Below, in pieces: positions 26,450 to 39,842 of a DNA stretch of 64,000 nucleotides. Source of the stretch: Ginglymostoma cirratum (lineage: Eukaryota); NCBI GenBank assembly GCA_024137785.1, contig JAHRHZ010000030.1, positions 7,568,288-7,632,287 of the forward strand. The letters run 5' to 3'. Made by a program: the position numbers and the translations under genes. Under the pieces are notes generated by a model that was given only the letters and a program-made list of their open reading frames with translations, was not told the origin of the DNA and did not search any database. Numbering within the stretch: position 1 is the first letter of the stretch; each line of letters starts with the position of its first letter.

Positions 26450-29400
26450 TTCCAATTTTAACTCCTGATTTACATTCTTTACAAACCTTTTAGCTCATTC
26501 AAACCTTACCCTATCCCACATCAAGTCCTGCTCACACATCACCTGTACTTTTTGACTCAGAACTCAGTACCATACGTTTCAAATTCTTATCTTGTATTTA
26601 AATCTTCCCATGATCTTGCCCTTTCCCGCAATCCTTTCATACTGCATTTCTCGAACTTTAGTCTCAAATAGAAAGTAATCCTTCAGTCATGAAGGTTTGA
26701 TCATCTAGAATTCTCTCCTTAAATTTCATCTTTTATTTCCTTCTCTCTCCCCCTTTAGGATTATCCCTAAAACCCACGACTTGAACTTCATTTAATCGCT
26801 CCTCTTTATTGTTTCTGTAATCACATCTTTGTGGAAATCCTTTGGATATGGCTCAATGTTAAAGATTCACACCACCTTTAATGATTATACTTCCAGTTGC
26901 CTTTGTGTGATGCTGTAAGAATCCCCACGCCACCACTTCAAAATCTGTCTCTTCAACTCTATCTCCTTCTCTTTGACCAGGCTTATAGTTGGTCATTATT
27001 GGATTTCCTTCTTTGACTTTGGTCACCAACTTTATTTTTCTCTCATGCACCTCAGAAGTAGCTTAGAAAACTATTTTACATGAAACGTACTATACGGATG
27101 CAAGCTGTGTTGTTTTGAAAGAATGAGTGGCCTGAACTTGTATCGGGAAAAAGGAGCTCAATTTGGGCTGTTATCTCAGCTTAACGTGTCTTGTATTTAT
27201 TGTTAAAGCTTACTCTGTTTGTTTAGGAGTATTTTTCCTTCTTGGTAATTTATGGTTATTGAAGGATTAATTTCATGAAAAGCACTCCAGTGAAGGCTAA
27301 GAAGGAAAATATTGCAGTGGAAAATGCCCACGTTAAATGATAACGATGGCACAATAATGTGTTTGCAAATGATTCTACATCAAGATACAAATAACGTTTT
27401 AAATGTATTGTCAGAAAAACAGATTTGGTATGTCGGTTTCAAATTATTAGAATCTATCTTGAGTTTTTAAATTTGAGTTTAGACTTCCCAATGGTAGTGA
27501 GCATTTCTTTTAAAACATTTTGCCCATTGATCAACTTGGACATGTCACAATATCAAGTCAATCTTCAAAACGTGAAATGTCAGCCTTCTGATGCTGCCTA
27601 GCCTGCTGTATTCCTCCAGCTCCACACTTTGTTATTACTGTCTGTACCAGTGTGTTTGAAACACCCACATCATTAGTTCAGGGAGTGAGTTCACTAAGAA
27701 CTGATTAATTAGACAGTAGTAGAGTTTCTGCCATGAAACTACTAATAATAGACTCAACTATATATTTTGGGTTTTGTTTCAAGCTTTCTTTTAAAGGTAT
27801 TTTCCTATTGCATCAAGTCCTATTTCAGTAGCCTTGACTCCCACTTATGAGGCTGCAATCCAAAAATTAAATTGGTAGTGTTTGCAGTCAGGCAGACCCT
27901 GTTGTCTTGGCCTTTTGTTCTCTGTGAATTCACACAAGTTTACTTTTTGGTTAAAAACCTACGGAGAAGGACCACAAATATGAATCCAGCACCATGTGCA
28001 TCATATACAAACCGTTTTCTGAAACAAGGAATAATGGCAAAACTTAAACTAGTCAAAGCATAATGCTGCCTAGCCAGTGACACCCTCATCCCATTAATGA
28101 ATAAAAAAAATGACATGAACTTGTGACTTCACCAAGCTCTTGAAGGAGAACATTGTTGTAGGAGGACGAACAATGCGTGTTGTGTACTGAACACTAACAG
28201 CTTCCAGTTGTTATGCTGGAGTGTTTACTCTTCAGAAATTGCAGGGCTGAGATCATGGGGAAAAGTACATATTTATTTTGTCAAACCTAACACACAATAC
28301 CACTTTAAATTAGGATGCTGCATAATCTAATTAGTGCATAAATATGATGTACATAGAAATATTGGGCAGTTGTTTATGCCTCTTACACTGGCATGTAAAA
28401 ATTTTACAAATTTTAAGTAGGTAAATATATGGTACTTGCTTTAAGTTCTTGGCCAATGAACCACTTCACTGATTACTATGATTTATTATGATTTTTGCTT
28501 TGAAAGGTCTGGAACATGTACAAATATCTTTATACATTTTATGTATGATCATTAATAATTACAATGAGAATAGGAATTTATAATAGCACCTTTAATGTAA
28601 ACGAGTCCAAAAGTGTTAGAAATTAAGCAATCCAAGTGGACAAATTGACAAAGAAAGGGAGACTGGTAAAGATTTAAGAGATGAGGATCAAGGAATATGC
28701 CGGGTATACTGAATATGACTTTGTCAATGTTTCTATCCCAATTTCATTGTCAAGCACTTATCAACCTGACATGCTGATGCTGATCGCAGGGGTAGTCTTG
28801 GCAGCCAAGAAAAATCCCACAACACCGTAGAAATTAGATTTACATGAAAATGTGAAGCATATATTTAAATCATGAAAAATTTAATCTTGAAATGTTTCTT
28901 TATCTAGCAATAATTTGATAATGGTTTGATTTAAATTGTATTACGTTGGTTGTGACAAATCTAATGCAAACACTGTATGTTTATTGCTGAATGGTTGCAT
29001 GCTCAAAAGTTTAACTTGTATACTTTGGTTATGAGGGTGTGAAAATTAATTTCAGAATTTGCTGCCTTGCCCTGTTCCCAACTGAGGTCCTTTAGTGACC
29101 ACTCAAGGGCCTAACCCTGCTGGGGGACAATTCTTTCCATTCCAGATAGGCATATACATTCTCATCTTATCCAACTGGGTAAACCAGTGCAGCCAGGCTT
29201 GCGAGGTAGTGGGTTTGGCCCTTATTCTGCACTAATCTGTGTCTAATTAAGAACCCCCTAATAGCCATGTTCTGCCCTTCCCTCCCCAAGTAACCATTGC
29301 CCCATGAAGCCCTCCTAACAACATTTTTTTTCTATAGGTAGTTATCCATCCTGGCAGTCCAGGAATATTGTATTAGAACAAGCTACAGCCTCTGATTAGG

Positions 29401-29570
29401 CAGCAGTTCTTGGTGGCTGGGACTACTTGTCCCAGGCCTGTCTTCTAGTAGAAAGCCCTGCAGTACCAGTCAGCTGTTTGATTGCCATAAGGCCTGTGGT
29501 GCCCCCATTTTGGGACTTCAGTCTTGGTGAGATGTTCTCGGTAACTTGAGTCTGACAGAGAATTTGCTTA

Positions 29571-30110
29571 CAAAANNNNNNNNNNNNNNNNNNNNNNNNN
29601 NNNNNNNNNNNNNNNNNNNNNNNNNNNNNNNNNNNNNNNNNNNNNNNNNNNNNNNNNNNNNNNNNNNNNNNNNNNNNNNNNNNNNNNNNNNNNNNNNNNN
29701 NNNNNNNNNNNNNNNNNNNNNNNNNNNNNNNNNNNNNNNNNNNNNNNNNNNNNNNNNNNNNNNNNNNNNNNNNNNNNNNNNNNNNNNNNNNNNNNNNNNN
29801 NNNNNNNNNNNNNNNNNNNNNNNNNNNNNNNNNNNNNNNNNNNNNNNNNNNNNNNNNNNNNNNNNNNNNNNNNNNNNNNNNNNNNNNNNNNNNNNNNNNN
29901 NNNNNNNNNNNNNNNNNNNNNNNNNNNNNNNNNNNNNNNNNNNNNNNNNNNNNNNNNNNNNNNNNNNNNNNNNNNTCTGAGGAATGGTCACCGGACCCGA
30001 AATGTTAACTCTGTTTTCTCCTCCACAGATGCTGCCAGACCTGAGCTTTTCCAGCAACTTTGTTTTTGTTCCTGATTTACAGCATCCACAGTTCTTTTTG
30101 GTTTTTATTT
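29571..30110 (+). mobile_element. PLE family 2 insertion, probably fold-back, mostly a 400-N gap (29576-29975)
   Basis: Right arm tctgaggaatggtcaccggacccgaaatgttaactc...gtttttattt; caaaa before the gap fits the start of an inverted arm; TSD agagaatttgctta 29557-29570 / 30111-30124. Confidence 0.82.
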
Positions 30111-30158
30111 AGAGAATTTGCTTAACTGTTTACTTTGTGTACTCTGCGTTCATTATAG

Positions 30159-30262
30159 GAGTGAATAGCCTTGCCCAATCATTGAGTGCCAACCAACAAA
30201 TTCCTAACTCGCTCACACATCTTGACCTCTCAGGGAACTTCCTCCGAGGAGATGACCTATCG
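30159..30262 (+). CDS. CARMIL1: CARMIL1 coding exon G (104 nt, phase 1-0): (G)[34 protein letters not shown]
   Basis: Acceptor ttcattatag, donor gtatgt; LRR motif LTHLDLSGN. Confidence 0.95.
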
Positions 30263-31194
30263 GTATGTTGGGTTTTCTTTTAATTCTCTGGGTACATGTA
30301 TTTTTGACAAAGCCGACTTTGAGAAAATGATGGCAGACATTCTTAAAACATTACAGTCCTTGTTGTGAAGGTACCTGTACAATATTGCGAGGTAGGAAGT
30401 TCCAGGAAGGATTGTCAGTATAAGTCAGAATGCTGAAAGATTGGAGGAGAACACAAAGGTAATCATCTTCTCGTGCATCACAGGTGCTGGATGTTGCAGA
30501 GGATGAGAGACTTTTTTCCCCTCTTATTAGCTATACTGTGGTAATTTTTTCGGTATCAATGTGTTGATGTAAGAAAATGACTTTTATTGTCTCTTTTTAT
30601 CACTATTATGCAATATATTCCTATATTACGCACCTTAATTGAAATGAAATGATGTTGGGAAGAGCTTGTGCATTAACACAAACAAGATTATGTGCAATGC
30701 TGATAAGCTGCAGGAACTTCTTGTAACACCTTCCCTTAAGGACACTAAAGTGACAAGACTTTCTATGGTTGTGTGAGACTACAGTGTAGGTGGTAATGTA
30801 ATAATTTAATGAAACAATGATTAAAATAAACCTATGATGCCAGAGGGGCCCAGGGAACTCATTATTTCGACATGTGGTGTATAAAGTTTGATTTCTTCCA
30901 CAAAATGTAGCAAAGCATCAAGCCATGTACTTTCATGTTATGTGGTCGTTTAAGGGCTATTTAAAATGTCAATGTTTCAGCAAACACTTCAGAGCAAGGG
31001 TGAATAGAAGCTGCTGCAAATGCTAACACTCATGTAAAACGTTGCATGTGACAAATTAGATGTTGCTTATTTGTTGCTTAGATGGATTTCCCCAAGTGTA
31101 TTGAACTTAATTGTTGTTGTGAGGATTGCAACATTTATTGGTATCAGTTGATTTTATTTTTTAAATAATTTGTTCTCATTTGGTATCTTTGAAA

Positions 31195-32000
31195 ACTGAG
31201 CACAGGAGTTAGGAACTGGAAGAGGCCATTTGGCTCCTCGAACCAGCTCTATCATTTAACATTGTCATGGCAAAATTTGATTGTCCTAAACCCATTTTGC
31301 CTGATGTCCCCTATAATCTTTGACTCACCTTGTTAGTTAAGAATTTATCTGAAATAACTACACAGGCTCTTATCCCATCACCAAGTCAGCCTTTACTTAC
31401 ACGTGCATAGTACTTGACGCTCGTCCAGCCTCATCAGAGCCAGCTCTGAGTGAACAGAACCTCTGATACTCCTGTTTATATCTGTCAGCCAGGGCTCCCT
31501 GATTGGACCAGATTTTAACGGTCCCCAGTAAGGGAACTCATGTTCTATGAGGTCCACCTGACTGAACTTGTTACCATCACTACACAATCTGTCTCTGTCT
31601 TAAAAATATTCAATGGCCCTGCCTCCGCCCTATGTTTCCTCAAAATTTTTCAGCTGCTCTATGGGCCTCCGAAATCCGTGCACAGCAGTGACTTTCCAAA
31701 CCAGAAGTCAGTATGTGTGCTGAACAACCTAATGGCCGTGCAGAATAGAGAGAACATTGGCTCTGCTGCTCTCTGGAAGTGAAATCCACAGATTTGCCAG
31801 TCACTGAGAGAAAAACATCTTTATCTCTGTCTTAATTGGGACACCCCTTATTTTTAAACTGTCTTCTAGTTCACATTTCTCCTACAAGGGAAAACATCCT
31901 TTTGGTATCCATCTTGTCAAGTCCCCTCAGGATCTTTGATGTTTGAACGTAATCACTTCTGATCAATACAGGCATAACCTGTCCAACCATTCCTCATTCC
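31195..32000 (-). mobile_element. CR1-like LINE 3' fragment interrupted by a solo LTR
   Basis: Reverse-complement CR1 tail (aggccatttggctcctcgaacc) and body (cccttatttttaaactg, ttgtcaagtcccctcaggatc). Confidence 0.72.
31350..31584 (-). mobile_element. Short solo LTR (~235 bp)
   Basis: TG...CA termini; on the minus strand CCAAT (ggtccaatcagg), TATA (gatataaac) and poly(A)-like agtaaa in order; diverged 5-bp TSD ttatc/caatc; cleanly interrupts a CR1 fragment. Confidence 0.7.
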
Positions 32001-34159
32001 AGGAATGCTTCAAAAAGTAGTGCTCACATTGAAATAAGACGACTAATGTGTAGTGGCTCAGAGGAGTTATTAAAACTATGGTTAAATATTCAGATTTTGA
32101 TGGTGTTTCGGAAGGGTACAGTGGGGAATAATGTTTTAGGAAGAATGCTGAACAATCTGCACTGCCTAGAAATGTGGAATCTAGAGTATTTTCTCACCGT
32201 GCATTTGCTTCTTTTAGAAAACCTTTTAAAACAGTTCTCTCTCTAGTTCTCAATCTTTGTATGAAGGGACCAGTTCCTCCCTCTTTCCTGTAACCAGGCC
32301 GCTCATAATATTGGAAATTTCTATGAAATCTCTTAATCATTGTCTTCTCTCAAAAGAGAACAATACCAATTTATCTGAATTTTCTTCATAACAGGGAACA
32401 TTCATGTGAATATCCTCTGCGCTGTCTCCATTATATCCTTTCTATGGTATACTTTTCAGAAATGTACGCAGTGCTCCAGCTGAGGGCCAATCAGTGTCTT
32501 ATATAGGTTCGTCATAATCAACCTGGTGTTGCACCCAATGCTTCTATTTATGAAACTAGATACTATATGCTTTAATAACAGCTTTCTCCACATGTCCTGC
32601 CACATTTAAAGACTTTTGCATGTACACTTGCGGTAATTTCTCCTCTTAATCTAAATATTGGATTCCAGTATTATTCTGGTAAATCTACACTCTCTCTCCC
32701 TCCAAGGTCAATATCTCCTTCCTAAGGCATGATGATGAATGTTTACTGCATGTGTGGTTTGACCATCCCCAATTTTAATTGTCCAATCAACAGTGGGCAA
32801 GTCTGCCTAACACAAAGCTCACTAAATCTCTCCGTTGACTCTACCTTCAACATGCTTTTTAAACCTGTATATCTGACCACTGTGATGGTCATTTCCCCAT
32901 TATCCCCTTGTATTCCTTTTCAGCTGTCTGCCTGAAATGAGCTCTGTCGTTGTGAGAGCTGCAAGCCTCCACCATGGGTAGGACAAGGAGGCAATTACTG
33001 AATCCATGCTAACTAGCACTGGAATCCAACCCAGTGCTGTTGATTCTGTCTGAGCCACTTTGGCCATCCAGCCAATCTTCCTCTCAATGAAAACATTGTT
33101 GGGCGCAGAGTAGAACTGTGAGCCAATTATTGCATGTGTAGGTCTATGGTTGAGGGTGGGAGCACAATCATAAGCACCCGTGTGCGGGTCCCTCAGCACA
33201 TGTGGGGAATGGGAGTATGGAGCTGTGGGTAAGGTAAGTGTAGGAACTCTGGATGAGGGTTGCTTGTCTGTGTGTGGGAAAGCTGCATGCATGTGAGTGT
33301 ATCTGTGCTGTTCCACTGGAATTTGTGTTCAATGCTACTGAATGAATACAGACTAGGTTCTCTGATATTAAAGGATGCAGGAATTCAAGGTGCAAATTTG
33401 TGACTGTCAGGATTGGCCCTGACTCTGAGGTCCTGAGATTCGATAGCAAGCTGATCATTTCATTGTTTGATTGTGTTTAGCCTTTGAAAAAGGAAGAATT
33501 TGCATTTAGGTGTCACTTTTCACCACCAGCACAGTACCAGACTGGTATGGGTTTTCAATTGTTTCTGATGTGGAGGATACAGGACCGTTCTGTCAGATGT
33601 ATATTAAAAGTCGCAGCAACTTCAACTAGATGCTGTGTTTCAATAAACTGCAGTTTTTCGTCATAGGATTCTGTCATGAATGGTAACTTGGCGTTGTAAT
33701 AACAAATAATGTTTGAGTGTTGAAATGTGCCTTTCAGTTGGTGTAAAATGCTTTTATGTATTCAAAACTAAAGAAAATATTGTTTGGGATATCAACAGTA
33801 ATACTCTGAAATGAATTAAATGCCCAGAGTTCTTTTTAAAAAAAAAAAAATTCCAACAGCTGTCACTTAGGAGGAGACAAAAGCAGACACCTGCTCATAG
33901 GCTACTTTGATAGGCAGGACATTTGCTGTAGTTTATATTTTTAAAGGAAGGCAGTCTTCTATTTTCACATTTCAGTAGTTTCTATTTAGATATCCTCAAG
34001 TTTGTTTTAACATCTGAGCCAATTATGAACGTTTGACTGTATTTGAAAAAATATAATCACTTATCGCAGCAAGTGTCTGTGCTTATACTTAAATTGATCA
34101 TTTTAAGATGTTATTTCAAGGATTATCTGTCTCTTATAGTACAACAATAAGTTGCCATA

Positions 34160-34545
34160 AAGTCATAGCGACATACTGCATGGAAACAGACCCTTTGGTC
34201 CAACCAGTCCATGCTAACCATGCCCCCAAACTAAACTAGTCCCACCTGCCTGCACTTGGCTCACATCCCCCCCCCAAACTTTTCCTATTCATGAACTTAT
34301 CCAAATGTCTTTTTAAATGTTGTTGTAAATGTATCTGCATCCACCACTTACTCTGGCAGTTCATTCCACACATGAACCACCCTGTATTTAAAAAAAAAAA
34401 GCTGTCCCCTGTGTCCTCTTTAAATCTTTTTCCTCCCACCTGAAAAACTTGCCCCCCTAAATCCCAAATTTTGAAACGTCCCCCCCCCAGCAGCCGACCA
34501 TCCTAAAAGAAACACCCATGTTATTTACTTTATCTATGCCCATTC
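34160..34545 (-). mobile_element. CR1/HER1-like LINE 3' fragment
   Basis: Reverse complement of the same family as 25505-26045 (catggaaacagaccctttggtccaac...ctagtcccacctgcctgc). Confidence 0.82.
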
Positions 34546-35239
34546 CTTCCAGAAAATTTGGCAGGAATTGCCTTTGCAGAGTCAAGCTCCTGAGGCGCAC
34601 ACCAGGCAATGCAGAGCACAGCGATAACCACATGGCATGAACAACTATTTTATGAGATAAAAGTTTGTCACCAACATCAACCCATCCTCGCTGAAGGAAT
34701 CCCAACTGTCACAGTGGGCCAGATACTTCAGGGGTTGAGGAAAACAGGATTCTGGCCCTATTCTGGTTTCTGAAATGTTAAATCCTCCTATAAATGCCAT
34801 TCCTGTATATCTTCCTCTCTGACAGGAGGTTGTGACGGGCTGAGTTTGAAAGATGTAATGCAATATGAGAAGAGGTGAGGATGCACACTTGGGCCAGTTT
34901 AGAAAGTCTGCCTTTGTTCTTGGAGATGTCATTATTCTTATTTACCTTCTAACCTCACTCTATACCTGCTCAACATCTCCTCACCCCCACCACCCTTCAT
35001 CACTCTTGATACTTACCGTACCCCTCACACACTCCCCATGTATCAGTCATAGCCATTCACCCAGTTTCCACTGAGCAGGGCTCAGGATATCGGTGAAGTG
35101 GATTTTCTAACAACCTATTAGGGCTGTCATACAAATTCATTTCACACACTAAAAATGTGATTTTTTTTTTTTTTTTTTAGGGGAGACAATGGACCGGAAT
35201 GGTCTATAATTCACTGGCTTAGGTTTTCTGTGACCCTTT

Positions 35240-35890
35240 TATTCATTCATGGATTGTGGGATTCACTGGCTGGGCCAGCATTGATTGCCCATCTCTATCT
35301 GCCCTTGACAAAGTGGTGGCAAACCACCTTGAACCGCTGCAGTTCATTTGGCATGGAAGCATTCACAGTGTTGCTAGGGAGAGAGTGCAAAGATTTTGAC
35401 TGACACTGAAGTAATATATTTCCAAGTCAGAATGGTGAGGTGGCTTGGAGGGGAACTTGTAGATGAGGATTGTATGTGTCTGTTACCCTTGTCTTTCCAG
35501 ATAGTAGTGATCATGGATTTGGAAGGTACTGCCTAAGGAAAATTCTGCAGTGCATTTTGTGGATTGTACACTTTGCTACTGTGCTTCAGAGCTAGAGGGA
35601 ATGAATATTTCTTTATGTTGTGCCAATGAAATGGACTACTTTGTCCTGGAAGGTATCAAGCTTCTTGAGTGTTGTTGCAGCTGAACTCATTCAAACAAGT
35701 GGGGAGTATTTCATTTCACTGATGACTTGTGTCTTGTCGATGGTGGATAAGCCTGGGGAAATCAGGAGAGGAGTTACTTGCTGCAGGATTTCTAGTCTCT
35801 GACTTGCTCTTGTAGCAACAGTACTTGCAGGGATATTCCAGTTTGTTCCTGGTCAGTAGGAACTCCAAAAATATTGGTAGTGGGATTTTG
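35240..35890 (-). mobile_element. CR1-group LINE 3' fragment (family ending ccacatcccatgaatgaataaa); related pieces at ~8965-9270, 24740-25050 and 62075-62380
   Basis: Shared sequence tttattcattcatgg...ggctgggccagcatt...gcccttga...gggaattccaggattttgacc. Confidence 0.72.
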
Positions 35891-36900
35891 TGTTGGCTAG
35901 GCTTGTCTATTCTGACATGCTTCCAAACAGTCAGTCTGTAGAGATCACGGCATTAACTGACTATGTCCCATTTGTCAGTGTACATATGTGTCCTCCTTAC
36001 CTTGCATGCAGGTGCCCTTTTAACAGAGCTATGGACGTCCAGAAAACAATTACCAAGTGGCCAGTCGGGCATGCAAAAGGTCCATTGGTTTATTGTCGTC
36101 ATCCATCTGATGAATATGTTTATGCCTGCAGACATTGTTGGCTTAGCAATTTGTGGCACTGATGGAGTTAGTGTACTTTTGGATCTAGACTTGTTCACTT
36201 TGTCCCACCAAGAGATGACAGGAATGTGTCAGACAGTGAAGATCAAATTATTCAGAATTTTCTCCTACCTAGTATGGATTATCATGAACCTCATCATAGA
36301 ACATAGAACAGTACAGCACAGTACAGGCCCTTTGGCCCATGATGTGCCGAGCTATTATCCTACTCGAAGATCAAACTACCCTGCATACCCTACATTTTAC
36401 TATCATCCATGTGCCTATCCAGGAGTTAGTTAAGTGTCCTCAACGTATCTGACTCCAGTACCACTGCCAGCAGCGCATTCCCCGCACCTCACTGTAAATG
36501 AGTGCAGTGAGGATCCAAGCTTGTAAACTGTTTGTTCTGAGTTAGATTACTGTAGTTCCACACTCTCTCTTATGTTGGATATAACAGCTGCAGCCTTTGC
36601 AATGTGTGTGTTGATTTCAGCATCAAGTAGCTGATTACTGATGAATGTGCAGTTTAGATACATGAAGCTACCAATGCCTTACCAAGTCACGTTGTAAATG
36701 CTGACAAAAGATATGTTGTTGTCCTAAATCATGGTCAAACCACAAACTCTTCTACAGGCATGAGCCTGTCCACTTGCAGCTGCAGGTATTCTGTGGGTTG
36801 GCATGTTAATGTAATATCATCAGCAAGCAGCAATTCTGATGAAAACTTTGTGCAACCTTATCTTTGATCTCAGATGAGCAAGGCAGAACAGCTTCCTATC
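35890..36900 (-). mobile_element. Old RTE-like LINE fragment, with a CR1 tail inserted at ~36295-36500
   Basis: Minus strand ELLLADDI (~36810-36840; cf. ELLFADD) and HIHQMDDDNKPMDLLHARLAT...SGRP (cf. HV.RM.D.R.PK.LLYGEL..G.R..GRP). Confidence 0.6.
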
Positions 36901-38397
36901 AGTGCTGGAGTGTAAGTTGATGCTCTCGATAGATTGCCTGAAGACATTTAATAGCAGCAAAGAAGAAAATATAGTTATGAATATTGGTGCCAGAACTTTA
37001 ACCCTGTTTTGACCTCACTATGAATCTCGAGTGTTCCAATGTTGTGTCGCCACAGCTGATCCTTTCTGTCATGTTGTCATGTGAAGAGGAGGTCACATTG
37101 CCCTACTCCAGTAGACTACCAATTTTCTTTAACATTTTAAATAAATCATCTCAATACACTTGATTGAATACCTGGTTGAGATCAACAGAGACAATGTGTA
37201 GTGGTCTCTTTTGTTCATGGCTTTTCCCTTGTAGTTGCTGATCTGAGAGATCATATCAATTATAGATTTTCCAGTTCTGAAAGGGATAAGCTGTGAATAT
37301 TAGGAGTAAATCTGAGTGCAATTAAATATGTTTTGTGGATGTAAAGGTGTAGAAATGTCCAGTTCACCAAAACTTGTGTCAGAGTCATGGGCTGGTTGTG
37401 GTGAAATAGATAAATAGCATTAATGTGCATGTGGAAATAACACCATGATTATTGATAAGTAGGGTCATATTCCCACAAAGTTATAATGTAGAAAACAGAT
37501 CAGGACATTATGGCAGCGCAGATTCAGTTATTCTGCAAAGTCTGTACATGACTGTAAATAGCTTGCGAAATAAAACCTGTTAGATTTACAACTTCACTTC
37601 AAAGACTGTGACAATCGGAGACCTGACTAAAGTTGAATGGATATGAAATATTCCAATTGCGTGTGTGTGTTTATGTGGTGGGCTTGGTGGGGAATAACAA
37701 ACTCATGAAAAGAAGAAATTACTTCAGTCAAAAGGATTTTACTGAGTAATTGGATGGTGGAACAGTATGGGAAGTAGTTATTATCTTTTCCTTGACTTCT
37801 GGGCCTGAAGGCAGGACTATGGTATTTGACTGTCAAACCAGAGTAAAGATCTATAATTTCTACTTTATGTAGGAAGCGGTACTGAATTACCTAACCTGAA
37901 ACTGGGATCGAACCCTATGTTCTTGGCAATAACCTGATCATTTCACAATCTGTCTAGCCAACTAGGCAAGCCATCATCCATGGGAAGAGATAAGGAGCAT
38001 CAAAGGATGCGAGATGGGTAGATGTTACATACACACCTACTGATAATATTGATGTAGTGGAAGAGTAAGCATAAGATCTAATGAAGTATGTTGTAATATA
38101 GTGTAGCTCTAATGGGAAATTTTAATTTGCACATAGACTAAGAGAAGCAGACCACCTCAAATAGAGAAGGCAATTTTTAGAATGTGTTCACATGGTGTTT
38201 TGTAACAGTATGTTTTAGAACCAACAAAGGAACAAACTGTACTAGGCTTAATGATAATTAGTGAACCAGAATAAGTTAATAACTTGACAGTAAGTGAGCA
38301 TATTGCAAATTGTGATCATATGATTGTATTTACCTTTTAGGTTAGGGAAAAAGAAGGGCAAGTCCTAAACCAAGGTGTTAAATTTATTTTTCTTATT

Positions 38398-38699
38398 CAT
38401 AGAATCCCTACAGTGTAGAAACAGGCCCTTCAGCTCAACAAGCCCGCACTGACCGTCAGAGCATCCCACCTCGACCCATCCCCTACAACCCACCTAATCT
38501 ACACATCCCTGAACAATACGGGCAATTTAGTGTAGCCAATCCACTTAGCCTGCACATCTTTGTTCTGTGGGAGGAAACCCAAGCAGATACGGAGAGAATG
38601 TGCAAACTCCACAAAGACAGTTGCCTGAGGGTGGAATCGATCTTGAATCCCCACTGCTGTGAGGCAGCAGTGCTAACCACTGAGCCACCGTGCCAGCCC
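38398..38699 (-). mobile_element. HE1-like V-SINE
   Basis: Reverse complement of head ggcacggtggctcagtggttagcactgctgcctcacagc, V domain and tail; TSD aatttattt 38381-38389 / 38705-38713. Confidence 0.9.
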
Positions 38700-38879
38700 T
38701 TAGTAATTTATTTAAACAAAATAAATTACAAAGGGATGAGAAACAACTGACCACAGTAAACTGGTTTGAACTGTTAATTGATAACCCTACAGGCAAACCA
38801 GGGGAAGTATTTCAAGAGGTTTTTGAAACAAGCATAAATGCAAAGTAATGACCACTATGCTGGAGTTGTTTACTCAAAC

Positions 38880-39130
38880 ACCTCAAAACCACAGGTTGAA
38901 CTCCCTCTCCAGGGGTTTGAGAGCAGAAATCGAGACTGATACCGTGGTGCAGTATGATGACTCATTGCACTGTTAGATGTGCGATCTTTCAGCTGAGATG
39001 CTAAATCCAGGTAACCGTCAGCCTGTTTGGGTATATGCAAGAGACCACACACCACTATTTTGAAAAATTAGAGGAGTTAGCGATGGTGTTTTGGTCAATG
39101 CTCGTCCCTCACTGATTTTAAAACAATATA
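38880..39130 (+). mobile_element. Old Deu-domain SINE
   Basis: gcactgttagatgtgcgatctttcagctgagatgctaaatccagg...ccactattttgaa...ggtgttttggtcaat. Confidence 0.6.
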
Positions 39131-39340
39131 TGTACTTTGCTATTCTCACATTCATAAAATGTTTGTAGTATACAAGTATTAGTCTGTGATGCTGACACAA
39201 GCAGGAAGTGGAAATGCAACAAACTGAGCAAAGAAAGCCCCACAGGGAGATGGAAGTATGACCTGTAGTCAGTGTTGCTGGGAAGCAATCAGGGCAGAGT
39301 GCTTCCAGTTGGCATCACAGTGGTGACTAGAAAGAGTGGC

Positions 39341-39518
39341 AAAATCATAAATTGCTGGAAAAATTCGACAGGTCTGATAGCATCTGTGCAGAGAAAGTAG
39401 AGTTAACATTTCAGGTCCAGTTACCCTACTTCAGAACCAGTTCTGAAGTTTTTCCAACAATTTATGATTTTATTTGATTTTGAGTATCCACAGTTCTTTG
39501 GGTTTTTTGGGGTTTCTG
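39341..39518. mobile_element. PLE-derived fold-back (family 2), older, with internal deletion of the right arm
   Basis: Centre cttcagaac-ca-gttctgaag; ends aaaatcataaattg / caatttatgatttt; TSD gaaagagtggc 39330-39340 / 39519-39529. Confidence 0.82.
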
Positions 39519-39842
39519 GAAAGAGTGGCCTTCAGTCAGTTATTGTTGGAAAAATACAACTAAAACAAAGTTCTGTAGGTTCACTGACTCTTACTGGAAG
39601 GATTTGAAGGCAGGAAAGGATAGGAGATTGTGACTGCAAGTGGGGCAGGTAAGGGGACCCAGAAGACAGGAGCATAGGAGTGTCAGCCTCTGCAATTTTT
39701 TAACATGCTTGACGTTCTCTCATCCTCTTTGTAAGGGAGTGAAGGTTGTTGGATAGATCGGATAAATTACCGTGGCACTGTCTTGTAGGAAGCTATTCAA
39801 GTCGGGGATACCAAAGGAATGTAGTGGAAATAGGGAACGACT

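Noticed and set aside
29518-30057. ORFs spanning N runs (also 26125-26461 and 56308-56820)
   Set aside because: Artefacts of translating assembly gaps
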